A stretch of 61,627 nt of DNA from an uncultured Planctomycetales bacterium. Its GTDB lineage: Bacteria > Omnitrophota > Gorgyraeia > Gygaellales > Profunditerraquicolaceae. The stretch is taken from positions 1 through 61,627 of the forward strand of contig CAYHBB010000005.1 in NCBI GenBank assembly GCA_964354795.1. The letters are read 5' to 3'. Every line of letters starts with the position of its first letter. Position 1 is the stretch's first letter. Of the stretch, positions 34,294 through 43,086 are shown piece after piece. The notes under the pieces are model-generated. The model did not search any database. It was not told where the DNA came from and saw only the letters and a list, made by a program, of their open reading frames with translations. The translations under genes were made by a program, and so were the position numbers.

Positions 34294-34327
34294 AAAAACT
34301 GCCAGCAGGGACAACCCCTGCCGGCAG
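34294..34327 (-). terminator. Rho-independent terminator after the DUF4870 gene
   Basis: Minus-strand RNA: CTGCCGGCAGGGG-TTGT-CCCTGCTGGCAG followed by TTTTTATTT. Confidence 0.6.
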
Positions 34328-34357
34328 AAGTTTAACTTATTTTGCTTCGCATCCGGA

Positions 34358-34696
34358 TTAAGAATTCTTCTCGGCGATGTCGCCGGCAATCGGAAGCTTG
34401 AAATACTCGCCCTGATAGGCCTTGACCATCAAAAATATCCACAGGATCAGGCTTACCACGCCCACAATAGGCATGATCGCCCAGCCGATCACCGGAATGA
34501 TCGCCAGGACCGCGTTCAACACCCAAAGAAATCCAAAGGCTATGATAGATTGCATGGCATGAAAACGCACAAACTTATTTTCTTTCTCGACTAAGTAGAA
34601 AATTATCCCAGTAATAGGGCCGACCAGGTAGCTTAAAAGCGCAGCTAAATTGGGCTGCATTCCGGTTGAAGTATTGCCCAAACTACTATTTTCCAT
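34358..34696 (-). CDS. DUF4870-family small membrane protein
   Basis: LLSYLVGPITGIIFYLVEKENKFVRFHAMQS signature and 3 TM segments. The ATG at 34696 was chosen because GGGAGGG lies upstream. Confidence 0.65.
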   Translation of the reverse strand: MENSSLGNTSTGMQPNLAALLSYLVGPITGIIFYLVEKENKFVRFHAMQSIIAFGFLWVLNAVLAIIPVIGWAIMPIVGVVSLILWIFLMVKAYQGEYFKLPIAGDIAEKNS

Positions 34697-34713
34697 ATTA
34701 CCCTCCCTTTGTG

Positions 34714-34828
34714 CTGCTGGCCTATCCTGCCCAGAAGGGGCGCACTTGGCAATTGCCTCACAAGAGGCATACTTTGCCATCAAATAGGCAAAGGTACCTT
34801 TTATGCCAAGGTGCTTTAAGGCCAGGTG
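34714..34828 (-). ncRNA. Family B nested multi-hairpin element (long form)
   Basis: Minus-strand RNA: CACCTGGCC TTAAAG [CACCTTGGCATAAAAGG[TACCTTTGCC..GGCAAAGTA][TGCCTC-TTGT-GAGGCA]ATTGCCAAGTG][CGCCCC-TTCT-GGGCAG] GATAGGCCAG, then the SD. Confidence 0.7.
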
Positions 34829-34880
34829 TATCTTTTAATAATTATAAACCAAATCGCCCTTTATTCAAGCAAATTTATCT

Positions 34881-35438
34881 TTACCCTTTTATAAGCGCCA
34901 GGGTCTCGGAACGGGTCTTCTGGTCTTCCTTAAAGATTCCGCGCACTGCCGAAGTCACGGTCAGAGTGCCGGGCTTTCTCACTCCCCGCATGGACATGCA
35001 TAAATGCTCTGCCTCGATCACCACCATTACACCCAGCGGCTTAAGTTTGCCCATAATGATCTCGGCGATCTGTGTGGTCAAGCGCTCCTGTACCTGAGGC
35101 CTGCGCGACAGGATATCCACTACCCTGGCCAACTTGCTTAAGCCGGTGACCCGGCCTGCCTTAGGAATATATGCGATATGCGCCTTGCCGATAAAGGGGA
35201 GCAGATGATGCTCGCAGGTAGAGTACAAAGGAATGCCCTTCAAAAGCACGATCTCGTGATGCTTCTGGTCGAGAATGACCTCAAGCTCCTTCTCCGGGTC
35301 CTGGCCAATGCCGGCAAAGATCTCCTCGAACATCTCGGCTACCCGCGCGGGAGTCTCCTGCAGGTCTTTTTTATTAGGGTTCTCTCCGATCGCTTCCAGA
35401 ATATCCCTGACCGCTTTTTCGATTTTCTTCTTATCCAT
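34881..35438 (-). CDS. folE: GTP cyclohydrolase I
   Basis: CEHHLLPF and [15 protein letters not shown] motifs. The start is ambiguous (35438 or 35462). Confidence 0.9.
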   Translation of the reverse strand: MDKKKIEKAVRDILEAIGENPNKKDLQETPARVAEMFEEIFAGIGQDPEKELEVILDQKHHEIVLLKGIPLYSTCEHHLLPFIGKAHIAYIPKAGRVTGLSKLARVVDILSRRPQVQERLTTQIAEIIMGKLKPLGVMVVIEAEHLCMSMRGVRKPGTLTVTSAVRGIFKEDQKTRSETLALIKG

Positions 35439-35446
35439 ATAAGGTC

Positions 35447-36829
35447 TCACTTTCCTATACAAAATTTAGAAAATATCCTATCTAATAAACCCTCTGAAAA
35501 CTTCTTTCCCAATAATTCGTCTAAATATCCCAGGCTGTCTTTAACATCCTGGGCAATAAGCTCTATAGACGCTTTATTATCCACTGAACCGGCAGATTGC
35601 GCAATAAGTTTTTGGGCTTCCCGCAGGCAGGAGACATGCCTGAGGTTTCCCACCACCACCGATTCCGGGCCGATGACCTTACCTTTATATACCAACTCTA
35701 CGATTTTATCTTCCAAAAGATTTATATTCCTGGCTTTCTTTGCCGAAAGAGAGATCGTATGAATAAACTGCTTAGTGATCTTTTCCCTTTCAATCTTTTG
35801 TTTTAAATCCATCTTATTGATAATGGCGATGGCCTGTTTGCCCTTTAACGATCTAATAATATCCCTGTCCTGCGCTGATAATTTTCTGCTTCCGTCAAAA
35901 AGGATTACAACGATATCCGCCTGGGCAATATGCTTCTTTGAGCGCTGGACAGCTTTCTTCTCGACTAAACCCCGCGGATTAAGCATCCCTGCGGTATCCA
36001 CGATGCGGACCGGAATACCTTTTATGTCGATAATCTCCTCGATAGCATCGCGAGTGGTGCCGGCAACATGCGTGACAATAGAACGCTCATGCTTAAGCAG
36101 GGCATTCAATAACGAGGACTTGCCCACATTAGGCTTACCGCAGATAACCACGTATATCCCTTCACGAAAGATCCTGCCGCGCCTTGAGCTTGCCAGCATG
36201 GCTTTCAGTTTACCGTCGCACTCTCTTAAGCCTGCACCAACGCTATTAAAATCTACAGTGTCGTTTGCATCTTCGGGAAAATCAATGCTCGCTTCAAGTT
36301 GAGTAAGGATATCCAAAAGAACATCCCTGATTTTATTAAGTTCTGCCGACAGCGCCCCTTTTAGCTGCCCAAGGCCGATCCTTAAGGCAGAATCAGTCTT
36401 GGCGCGGATAATATCCAGAACCGCCTCGGCCTGGGCTAAATCAATCCTGCCATTTAAAAACGCCCGCTTGGTGAATTCACCCGGCTCAGCTAAACGCGCT
36501 CCGTTTACCAAAGCTAGGTCCAAAACATCCCGCAAAGCCACTATCCCGCCGTGGCAATTGATTTCCACTACGTCTTCTTTAGTATAGGAGCGGGGAGCGC
36601 GCATCACCGTAAGGATCACCTCATCGATTATTTCCCCGCCGTTCTTTATTAAACCGTAATGGATAGTGTAGCTCTTAAAATCCGATGGCTTTATCTTTCC
36701 TTTAGAAAAAAATATTTTATCTGTAATTGCCAACGCACCCTTGCCGCTTAAGCGCACGATCCCGATCCCGCCAACGCCCACAGGCGTAGAAATCGCAGCG
36801 ATGGTATCATCGATATTATACTTATGCAT
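35447..36829 (-). CDS. mnmE: tRNA modification GTPase MnmE
   Basis: [13 protein letters not shown]1 motif, DTAG, and the C-terminal CIGK. Confidence 0.9.
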   Translation of the reverse strand: MHKYNIDDTIAAISTPVGVGGIGIVRLSGKGALAITDKIFFSKGKIKPSDFKSYTIHYGLIKNGGEIIDEVILTVMRAPRSYTKEDVVEINCHGGIVALRDVLDLALVNGARLAEPGEFTKRAFLNGRIDLAQAEAVLDIIRAKTDSALRIGLGQLKGALSAELNKIRDVLLDILTQLEASIDFPEDANDTVDFNSVGAGLRECDGKLKAMLASSRRGRIFREGIYVVICGKPNVGKSSLLNALLKHERSIVTHVAGTTRDAIEEIIDIKGIPVRIVDTAGMLNPRGLVEKKAVQRSKKHIAQADIVVILFDGSRKLSAQDRDIIRSLKGKQAIAIINKMDLKQKIEREKITKQFIHTISLSAKKARNINLLEDKIVELVYKGKVIGPESVVVGNLRHVSCLREAQKLIAQSAGSVDNKASIELIAQDVKDSLGYLDELLGKKFSEGLLDRIFSKFCIGK

Positions 36830-38213
36830 TTCTCAGCTCTCCCACCACAAATAGAGACCCTGTCCCAAGGATAAGGTCGTCTTTTGCAGCAAGCTGTATT
36901 GCTTCCTGCTTCGCCTCTTTTACGCTGCTAGTTAAAAGATAATTCCTGCCTTTAAAATATCGGCTTAAAACCTTGGGGTTTTCTGCTCGCGGATTATCGG
37001 CGCAGGTCAAGATAACCTGATCAGCTAAACTATAAAGCTCATTACAAATCCCTTTAATATCTTTGTCCTTGGATATTCCTAGCACTAGGATCAATTTCTT
37101 ATATTTAAAATTGTTCCTGATGGTTTCTTTTAATGCTTTTACGGAAGCGATATTCTGAGCTCCGTCGAGCACAACCAAAGGATTCCTGGACACAACCTCA
37201 AACCTGCCCGGCCATTGAGTATTCAAGAGCCCTCTTCGTATTATCTTTTGGCTTATCCCTGACTTAAGCGCCTTGACTGCGCTAACCGCAACCGCAGCGT
37301 TTATCCGCTGATGCTTTCCAAACAAAGGAAGCTTTATCCCCATTAAAGGCTTATTTATTTCCTGTAACACTACCCCGACTTCTTTACATCTATTACGGAT
37401 TACAATTGCCGCTTCTTTTTCCTGCGGCGCACTTATCACAATCGCCTGACACCCACTTGAGCTTTCCGGTCCTTTGACACCCACTTGAGCTTTCCGGTCC
37501 TTTGACACCCATTCGAGCTTTCCGGTCCACTGATACCCTTTAATAATCCCCGCCTTCTCCCTTGCGATCTCTCGCAAGGTTTTCCCCAGCTTCTGGGTAT
37601 GCTCGTAGCTGATGGGCGTGATCACGCTTACCAGGGCATTGGCGGTATTAGTCGCATCCAGCCTTCCGCCTAAACCAGTCTCCAGCACCGCGAAATCCGT
37701 CTTCTGCTCCTTAAAATACACAAAGGCTAAAGTAGTATACACTTCAAAAAATGACAGCGGCCCGTATTTTGAGCCTTGATTATACCTATCTATCTCCGGC
37801 TTTAATTTGCTAACTATCCTAGCCAATTCAAGCTTGGCAACCATCCCCTCAAACGGATCTGACACTTTGACACCAACTTCAGCTTTCCGGACTTTTGACA
37901 CCAACTTCAGCTTTCCGGCTTTTTGACACTCTAATATACGAATTCTCTCCCGAAAGTCGGATAAATGCGGAGAGGTATAAAGCCCGACCCTGAACCCCGC
38001 TTCCCGCAATATATAGGTAATGAAGGCACAAGTCGAACCCTTGCCCTTAGTGCCGGCTACATGGATACAACGCAAATGGCTTTGAGGATTGCCGATGAGA
38101 GAAAGAAAATCTTTAATGCGCTCCAGCTTCAGGGATTGTTTATAAGGATAGTCGATGAATTTTTCGTAATTAACAAAACTCTCGAGGTATTTTATTGTCT
38201 GAGGGTAGGTCAT
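36822..38213 (-). CDS. folC: Folylpolyglutamate synthase / dihydrofolate synthase carrying two repeat-encoded insertions
   Basis: VAGTKGKGST P-loop, ETGLGGRLDATN, IAREKAGIIK. At 463 aa it is about 45 aa longer than I recall for typical FolC. The excess coincides with the family A arrays. Confidence 0.85.
   Translation of the reverse strand: MTYPQTIKYLESFVNYEKFIDYPYKQSLKLERIKDFLSLIGNPQSHLRCIHVAGTKGKGSTCAFITYILREAGFRVGLYTSPHLSDFRERIRILECQKAGKLKLVSKVRKAEVGVKVSDPFEGMVAKLELARIVSKLKPEIDRYNQGSKYGPLSFFEVYTTLAFVYFKEQKTDFAVLETGLGGRLDATNTANALVSVITPISYEHTQKLGKTLREIAREKAGIIKGYQWTGKLEWVSKDRKAQVGVKGPESSSGCQAIVISAPQEKEAAIVIRNRCKEVGVVLQEINKPLMGIKLPLFGKHQRINAAVAVSAVKALKSGISQKIIRRGLLNTQWPGRFEVVSRNPLVVLDGAQNIASVKALKETIRNNFKYKKLILVLGISKDKDIKGICNELYSLADQVILTCADNPRAENPKVLSRYFKGRNYLLTSSVKEAKQEAIQLAAKDDLILGTGSLFVVGELRNA
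37447..37538. repeat. Family A tandem repeat array, locus 2 (inside folC)
   Basis: Three 28-nt units start at 37447, 37475 and 37503, plus a terminal octamer TGATACCC at 37531. The three units total 84 nt, or 28 codons. Confidence 0.9.
37860..37931. repeat. Family A variant array, locus 3 (inside folC)
   Basis: TGACAC octamers at 37860, 37868, 37896 and 37924. Two 28-nt units read TGACACCAACTTCAGCTTTCCGG(A/C)(C/T)TTT. Confidence 0.9.
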
Positions 38214-38235
38214 AAACCGAGAGGGGATAAAACGA

Positions 38236-39792
38236 TCAATGTTTGAAGTGCCGCATGCCGGTCAGAACCATGGCGATTTTATGTTTATCCGCCATCTTGA
38301 TGATCAATTCATCGGCAATGGAGCCGCCCGGCTGGATAATGGCTTTGATCTTATATTTTGCGGCTAATTGGATCGCATCTTCCTTGGGGAAAAACGCGTC
38401 TGAGGCCATCACGGACCCAGCAGCGAGTTTCCCGGCTTTTCTCGTCGAGATAAACACGGAGTCAACCCTGGACATTTGTCCCGCGCCGATACCCACGGTC
38501 TTGGTGCCACGGCAAAGGATGATGGCGTTGGACTTGACGTGTTTTGCCACTTTCCAGGCAAAAATCAGGCAAGCCATTTCGCTTTTGGTCGGCTTCTTCT
38601 TGGTCACGACTTTGAGCTCATTCATATTCAGGGTATCCAGATCCTTGTCCTGCAAAAGCAACCCACCGCTGACCCGCTTAAAATCCGTTTCTTTTATCGA
38701 CTCAAGATCATACGACTCTAATAGACGAAGGTTCTTCTTCTCTTTAAATAATGCCTTGGCCCCTTTATCAAAACCGGGCGCGATAACGCACTCCAGGAAT
38801 CCACTTTTTAAAACAACACTCGCGGTTTTTAGATCCATCATCCTGTTTAAAGCCACGATCCCGCCGAAAGCGGAAAGTTTGTCGCACTTCCAGGCTTCAA
38901 GATAAGCTTTATCCAGGGTTTTATCCTCGGCAGCGCCGCAGGGGTTGTTGTGCTTGACGATCACTGCCGCCGGATTCTTAAATTCTTTCACCAGCTCAAA
39001 AGCCGAATTAAGGTCAAGGATGTTATTGAAGGATAATTCTTTTCCCTGCAGCTGCTTGGCGTTGATGATACCGCTGGCCTTGCCTTTTTCCCGGTAAAAC
39101 GCGGCTTTCTGGTGCGGATTTTCCCCGTAACGCAGCTCCTGGATCTTCTCAAAGCTCACCGTTAAATCATGGGGAAAACCGGCGGACTCTTTCTGGACCT
39201 TAAAATGATTGCTCAAGTAACTATTGATCGCCGCATCATACCGGCTGGTATACGCGAACACCTCGATGCCCAACTCGCGCATCAGCGCCTCAGACAACGC
39301 CCCGTTATTAACTTTAAGCTCTTCAATCACCTGTGGGTAGCGGCCGGGATGACAGATCGCTGCCACTGACTGATGGTTCTTGGCCGCAGAACGCAGCATG
39401 GATGGGCCGCCGATATCGATATTCTCGATCACCTCGAGAATTGAAACCCCGGGCTTCTGGGTAGTCTTCTCAAAAGGATACAGATTCACCACCACCATAT
39501 CAATCAAACCGATGTCATGCTTTTTCAAGGTCTCCATGTGCTCGTTGTTTTCCCGTAAAGCCAAAAGCCCGGCATGTATTTTAGGATGCAAAGTCTTTAC
39601 TCTGCCGTCGAGCATCTCGGGAAATCCGGTGTAATCTGAGACCTCTTGAACCGGGATATTATTCTCTCTAAGCAATTTCGCCGTGCCACCGGTAGAAAGA
39701 ATTTCAACGCCTAGCTTCTTTAACTCCCTGGCAAAATCCAGTATTCCTGCCTTGTCCGAGACGCTTATCAGCGCGCGCCGAATCTTGACCAT
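38236..39792 (-). CDS. purH: Bifunctional AICAR transformylase / IMP cyclohydrolase
   Basis: ALISVSDK, GGTAKLL, GRVKTLHP, and IQPGGS near the C-terminus. Confidence 0.95.
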   Translation of the reverse strand: MVKIRRALISVSDKAGILDFARELKKLGVEILSTGGTAKLLRENNIPVQEVSDYTGFPEMLDGRVKTLHPKIHAGLLALRENNEHMETLKKHDIGLIDMVVVNLYPFEKTTQKPGVSILEVIENIDIGGPSMLRSAAKNHQSVAAICHPGRYPQVIEELKVNNGALSEALMRELGIEVFAYTSRYDAAINSYLSNHFKVQKESAGFPHDLTVSFEKIQELRYGENPHQKAAFYREKGKASGIINAKQLQGKELSFNNILDLNSAFELVKEFKNPAAVIVKHNNPCGAAEDKTLDKAYLEAWKCDKLSAFGGIVALNRMMDLKTASVVLKSGFLECVIAPGFDKGAKALFKEKKNLRLLESYDLESIKETDFKRVSGGLLLQDKDLDTLNMNELKVVTKKKPTKSEMACLIFAWKVAKHVKSNAIILCRGTKTVGIGAGQMSRVDSVFISTRKAGKLAAGSVMASDAFFPKEDAIQLAAKYKIKAIIQPGGSIADELIIKMADKHKIAMVLTGMRHFKH

Positions 39793-39823
39793 CGATCTTT
39801 CTCCCGTAAAAACAATTAACTGC

Positions 39824-39928
39824 GGTTATCATCATATCGGGATATCAGTAGGCAGAATATTAGGTATCAGCGGATCAGGTTAAATCTGATACCCTGATTT
39901 TCTGATATTCTGCCTACTGATAATCTGA
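39824..39928. repeat. Family D inverted-repeat element, copy 2
   Basis: A 17-bp perfect arm, ATCAGTAGGCAGAATAT, pairs with ATATTCTGCCTACTGAT. Flanking TATCAG/CTGATA repeats are collinear with 14268-14378. Confidence 0.85.
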
Positions 39929-39945
39929 TTTTCTGATACCCACAT

Positions 39946-40647
39946 TTACTTATTAAACCTGAAGTTAACCAAGTCCGCATCCTGCATCACGTATTCTTTT
40001 TGCTCCAAGCGCTGTTTGCCTGCCTGCTTGGCCTGGTTCTCTCCTCCGCATTTTATAAAATCATCAAAGCTGATGATCTCCGCCCGGATAAAACCCTGCT
40101 GGATATCCGAGTGTATGGCACCTGCGGCTTCCCAGGCAGTAGTGCCCTTGCGGATCAGCCAGGCCCGGGTCTCTTTTTCTCCGGTAGTAAAAAAGCTGAT
40201 GTACCCGCCCTCGCGCACTGCGCGGCTAAGCAAAGCGTTCGGCTCTTCAGCCTCCGACTTCTCGGAGGTGATCACCGGCCGGCTAGTGAGCATCCCGTAC
40301 TTGATCAGCGCTTTCTTTTCCTCTTCGCTTAAGGCCACATTACAAACTAGCTGTTCCTTCTCAAGTGAGACCTTTACTTTATTCAACAGCGTTTTTTCCG
40401 CCTCATCCGCCGAGCGGGAAAACCGGGTCTCCGCAAATTCCAAATCTTTTAGAATCAAATCTGCGGCAGAATCTCTTGCCACTAGTATTGCGTCGGAATC
40501 AAGCGCCGCATCTTCGGCAACCGCCTCGATCTGTATATAAGTCTTTTTCTTGGCTTTGGTAATGGAGTCCACCTGGTCAAGGCGGGCGTCCTTAATATTA
40601 TGCTTGCCCGGGTTTATCTCGGGAATAGAAATAATACTGATCTTCAT
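39946..40647 (-). CDS. YchF/OLA1-like protein lacking the P-loop G domain
   Basis: The C-terminal half matches YchF (ETRAWLIRKGTTAWEAAGAIHSDIQQGFIRAEII...VNFRFN). The N-terminus (MKISIISIPEINPGKHN) has no GxxGxGKS and the protein is only 233 aa. Confidence 0.6.
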   Translation of the reverse strand: MKISIISIPEINPGKHNIKDARLDQVDSITKAKKKTYIQIEAVAEDAALDSDAILVARDSAADLILKDLEFAETRFSRSADEAEKTLLNKVKVSLEKEQLVCNVALSEEEKKALIKYGMLTSRPVITSEKSEAEEPNALLSRAVREGGYISFFTTGEKETRAWLIRKGTTAWEAAGAIHSDIQQGFIRAEIISFDDFIKCGGENQAKQAGKQRLEQKEYVMQDADLVNFRFNK

Positions 40648-40655
40648 TTTAAGAT

Positions 40656-42611
40656 TTACTCCTCTTCGTGTTTGCGGCTAGACTGGTACTGGGTGATGAT
40701 AGACTGCGCTACTTTATGCGGGACTTCCTCGTAATGGGAAAAGCGCATAATATAAGAACCCCTTCCGCCGGTGATGGAGCGCAGATCATTGGCGTATTTG
40801 AACATTTCAGAAAGAGGTATCTGGGCTTTGACGATCTGATTCCTTCCCTTGACATCCATACCCATCACCCGGCCGCGCCGGGAATTGACATCTCCGGAAA
40901 TGGCACCCAGAAAATCTTCGGAGATAGTGATATCTACATCCATGATCGGCTCTAAAAGTACCGGCCCGGCTTCACTCACTGCCTTACGTAAAGCCATAGA
41001 TCCGGCTTTCTGAAAAGCCATATCCGAGGAATCGACATCATGATAAGAGCCGTCAACCAAAGTGACACGCAGATCCTCAATCGGATAACCGGCAACCGCC
41101 CCTTCACTGACTGCCTGGCGCACCCCTTTTTCCACCGAAGGGATAAAGTTCCGGGGTATAGCGCCGCCGAATATTTTATCCACAAACTCAAGGCCCTTGC
41201 CTCTTTCCAGGGGCTGCACCTCGATCCAACAGTCACCATACTGGCCGCGGCCTCCAGACTGACGCTTGAATTTACCCTGGACCTTTAAAACCTTAGTAAT
41301 GGTTTCTTTGTAGGAAACTTTAGGCGTGCCCAGATCCACATTGACATTGAAACGCTTTTTCAGTCGCGTGACCATGACCGTCAAATGCAGGTCGCCCATG
41401 CCGGAAATAATCAGCTCCTTGGTCTGCGGATCATGGCGCACGGTAAACGTGGGGTCTTCCGCCGCAAGCTTATGCAGGGCATCAGATATTTTCTCTTCGT
41501 CCTCGCGAGAATGCGGCTTCACCGAAGCAGAAATGGCTGCTTCCGGGAAAGCCAGCGGATCATACAAAAACTGTTCTTTATCATTAGACAGGGAATCCCC
41601 GACCTCTGTCTCCTTAAGCTTGGCAATGGCCACGATATCTCCGCAGGAAGCGGCGTCAGTGGCCCTTTGTTCTTTCCCCTGCAGATTAAAGATAGTGCCT
41701 ATTCTCTCCTTGGTCTTTTTGTTGACGTTATAGAATCCAGTGTTCGAAGCGAGGATGCCGGAAAACACCCTTAATAAAGTAAGCTGCCCGACATAAGGAT
41801 CGGAAATATTCTTAAAGACAAAAGCGGAAAACGGGGCTTCCGCGGTCAAAACAACCTCTTTTATGGTGTCCAGCTTTGCTGGGTCAGCTGCCTTCACCTT
41901 TAACCGCGACTGCGGATCAGGAAAGTATTTTATAACTGCCTCCAACAACTCCGGCAAACCCTTATCCGCCAGAGCCGAGCCGGCCACAACCGGAAAGATC
42001 TTACGCTTGATCACCGCCTGCGTAAGCGCGGACTTTACTTCTTCCGCAGACAAACTCCCGCTCTCAAGGAATTTCTCAAGCAACTTATCGTCGCTTTCCG
42101 CCACTGCCTCGATCAACTCCGGGTTATCGGCATTATCAATGAAAAAAGCCTTTTTGGAAAGAGTATTTCTTATATTCTCTAAAACCTTGGGGACATCCGA
42201 GGCTTCTTTATCGGTCTTGCTGACAAAAATCATGCAAGGCAGGTCATTCTCTTCCAGAATTTGCCAGGCGCATTCCGTGCCTACTTCCACCCCGCTTGAC
42301 ACATCCACTACCAAAACCGCGCCGTCAACAGCGCGTATACCCTGGATGACCTCGCCGTAAAAATCAGCGTATCCGGGAGTGTCCACTATCTGAATGCGGT
42401 TACCTTTATAATCGCAAAATAACAGGCTTAAGTTTATAGAGCTCTTGCGCTCGATCTCGTCAAAGCTATAATCGCTGACTGTGGTGCCGTCGGATACGCT
42501 ACCTTTGCGGGAGATGGCCTTGCAAAAATACAGCAGCGATTCGGCAAGAGAAGTTTTTCCTGACTGGGCGTGGCCTAAAAGAATAAAGTTTCTTTTATTT
42601 AACACTGCCAT
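40656..42611 (-). CDS. Elongation factor G paralog (EF-G2-like)
   Basis: GHAQSGKTSLAESLL G1 motif, DTPGYADF G3 motif, and domains II-V recognisable. At 651 aa it is shorter than canonical FusA. Confidence 0.8.
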   Translation of the reverse strand: MAVLNKRNFILLGHAQSGKTSLAESLLYFCKAISRKGSVSDGTTVSDYSFDEIERKSSINLSLLFCDYKGNRIQIVDTPGYADFYGEVIQGIRAVDGAVLVVDVSSGVEVGTECAWQILEENDLPCMIFVSKTDKEASDVPKVLENIRNTLSKKAFFIDNADNPELIEAVAESDDKLLEKFLESGSLSAEEVKSALTQAVIKRKIFPVVAGSALADKGLPELLEAVIKYFPDPQSRLKVKAADPAKLDTIKEVVLTAEAPFSAFVFKNISDPYVGQLTLLRVFSGILASNTGFYNVNKKTKERIGTIFNLQGKEQRATDAASCGDIVAIAKLKETEVGDSLSNDKEQFLYDPLAFPEAAISASVKPHSREDEEKISDALHKLAAEDPTFTVRHDPQTKELIISGMGDLHLTVMVTRLKKRFNVNVDLGTPKVSYKETITKVLKVQGKFKRQSGGRGQYGDCWIEVQPLERGKGLEFVDKIFGGAIPRNFIPSVEKGVRQAVSEGAVAGYPIEDLRVTLVDGSYHDVDSSDMAFQKAGSMALRKAVSEAGPVLLEPIMDVDITISEDFLGAISGDVNSRRGRVMGMDVKGRNQIVKAQIPLSEMFKYANDLRSITGGRGSYIMRFSHYEEVPHKVAQSIITQYQSSRKHEEE

Positions 42612-42890
42612 GGCAAGACTCCTTTCGCAGAAAGCGAAACACCAACCTTTCCTATAAGGTTGGGTGTTACAGTAAGCTACGCCCTATAAAGCCAGGTGTA
42701 AGCAGTAAGCAAAACACCAACTTTTCCTATAAAGTTGGGTGTTGCAGTAAACTACACCCCAGCTATAAGGTATGCTGGGTGTGTCCTTTTTAGGACTACA
42801 CCCCAGCTATAAGGTATGCTGGGTGTGTCCTTTTTAGGACAAAACACCGGCCTTTCCTATAAAGCCAGGTGTTTGCTTTAAAGGTAAGAG
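42612..42890 (-). ncRNA. Long structured leader of the EF-G2-like gene (array of family B hairpins)
   Basis: Hairpins lie at 42623-42639, 42639-42667, 42714-42742, 42844-42872 and in the two units at 42752-42839. Three have AGGA in the loop in the mRNA sense. Confidence 0.6.
42752..42839. repeat. Exact 44-nt direct tandem duplication (two hairpins per unit)
   Basis: CTACACCCCAGCTATAAGGTATGCTGGGTGTGTCCTTTTTAGGA occurs at 42752-42795 and again at 42796-42839. Confidence 0.95.
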
Positions 42891-42898
42891 GAAGCCTT

Positions 42899-42927
42899 AT
42901 TATATAATACCTGTATGGGAGGGTCAA
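42899..42927 (-). promoter_or_regulatory. Consensus-like sigma70 promoter for the EF-G2-like gene
   Basis: On the minus strand: TTGACC (42927-42922), a 17-nt spacer, then TATAAT (42904-42899). Confidence 0.65.
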
Positions 42928-43028
42928 GGCTAAATTGGCGTACACCCGGCCTTATGGGAAAGGCCGGTGTGTGGTCCAGAAAGGACACACCCGCTGAACC
43001 TTTAAAGCGGGGTGTAGCTTTCTGCCAC

Positions 43029-43072
43029 AAAAAAGCGCGAAACCCTCAAGGCTTTCCTTTAGAGTTTCGCGC
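43029..43072 (-). terminator. Rho-independent terminator of the kamA / ATP-grasp operon
   Basis: Minus-strand RNA: GCGCGAAAC, a 20-nt loop, GTTTCGCGC, then TTTTTTGTGG. It lies 15 nt after the stop codon. Confidence 0.75.
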
Positions 43073-43086
43073 CTGAATAAATACGG

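Noticed and set aside
36822-38213. folC as a pseudogene disrupted by repeats.
   Set aside because: The reading frame is continuous across both arrays and all recognisable FolC motifs are intact. It is treated as a functional gene with insertions, pending checks.
38243-38905. Long plus-strand ORFs antisense to well-supported minus-strand genes: 38243-38905 (purH), 47472-48284 (hypE), 50205-50888 (M20), 21418-21981 (KS-alpha), 35178-35762, 35775-36302, 40016-40540, 41863-42360 and others.
   Set aside because: They are shadow ORFs opposite strongly motif-supported genes. Their composition is low-complexity and Ser/Leu/Arg-rich, with no recognisable motifs.
39793-39945. A ZTP (pfl) riboswitch upstream of purH, or THF/preQ1-type riboswitches near folE and folC.
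   Set aside because: The purH upstream region is the family D inverted repeat and lacks the conserved ZTP motifs (no CCGCCTGGGC-type 3' segment). folE and folC have essentially no 5' spacer.
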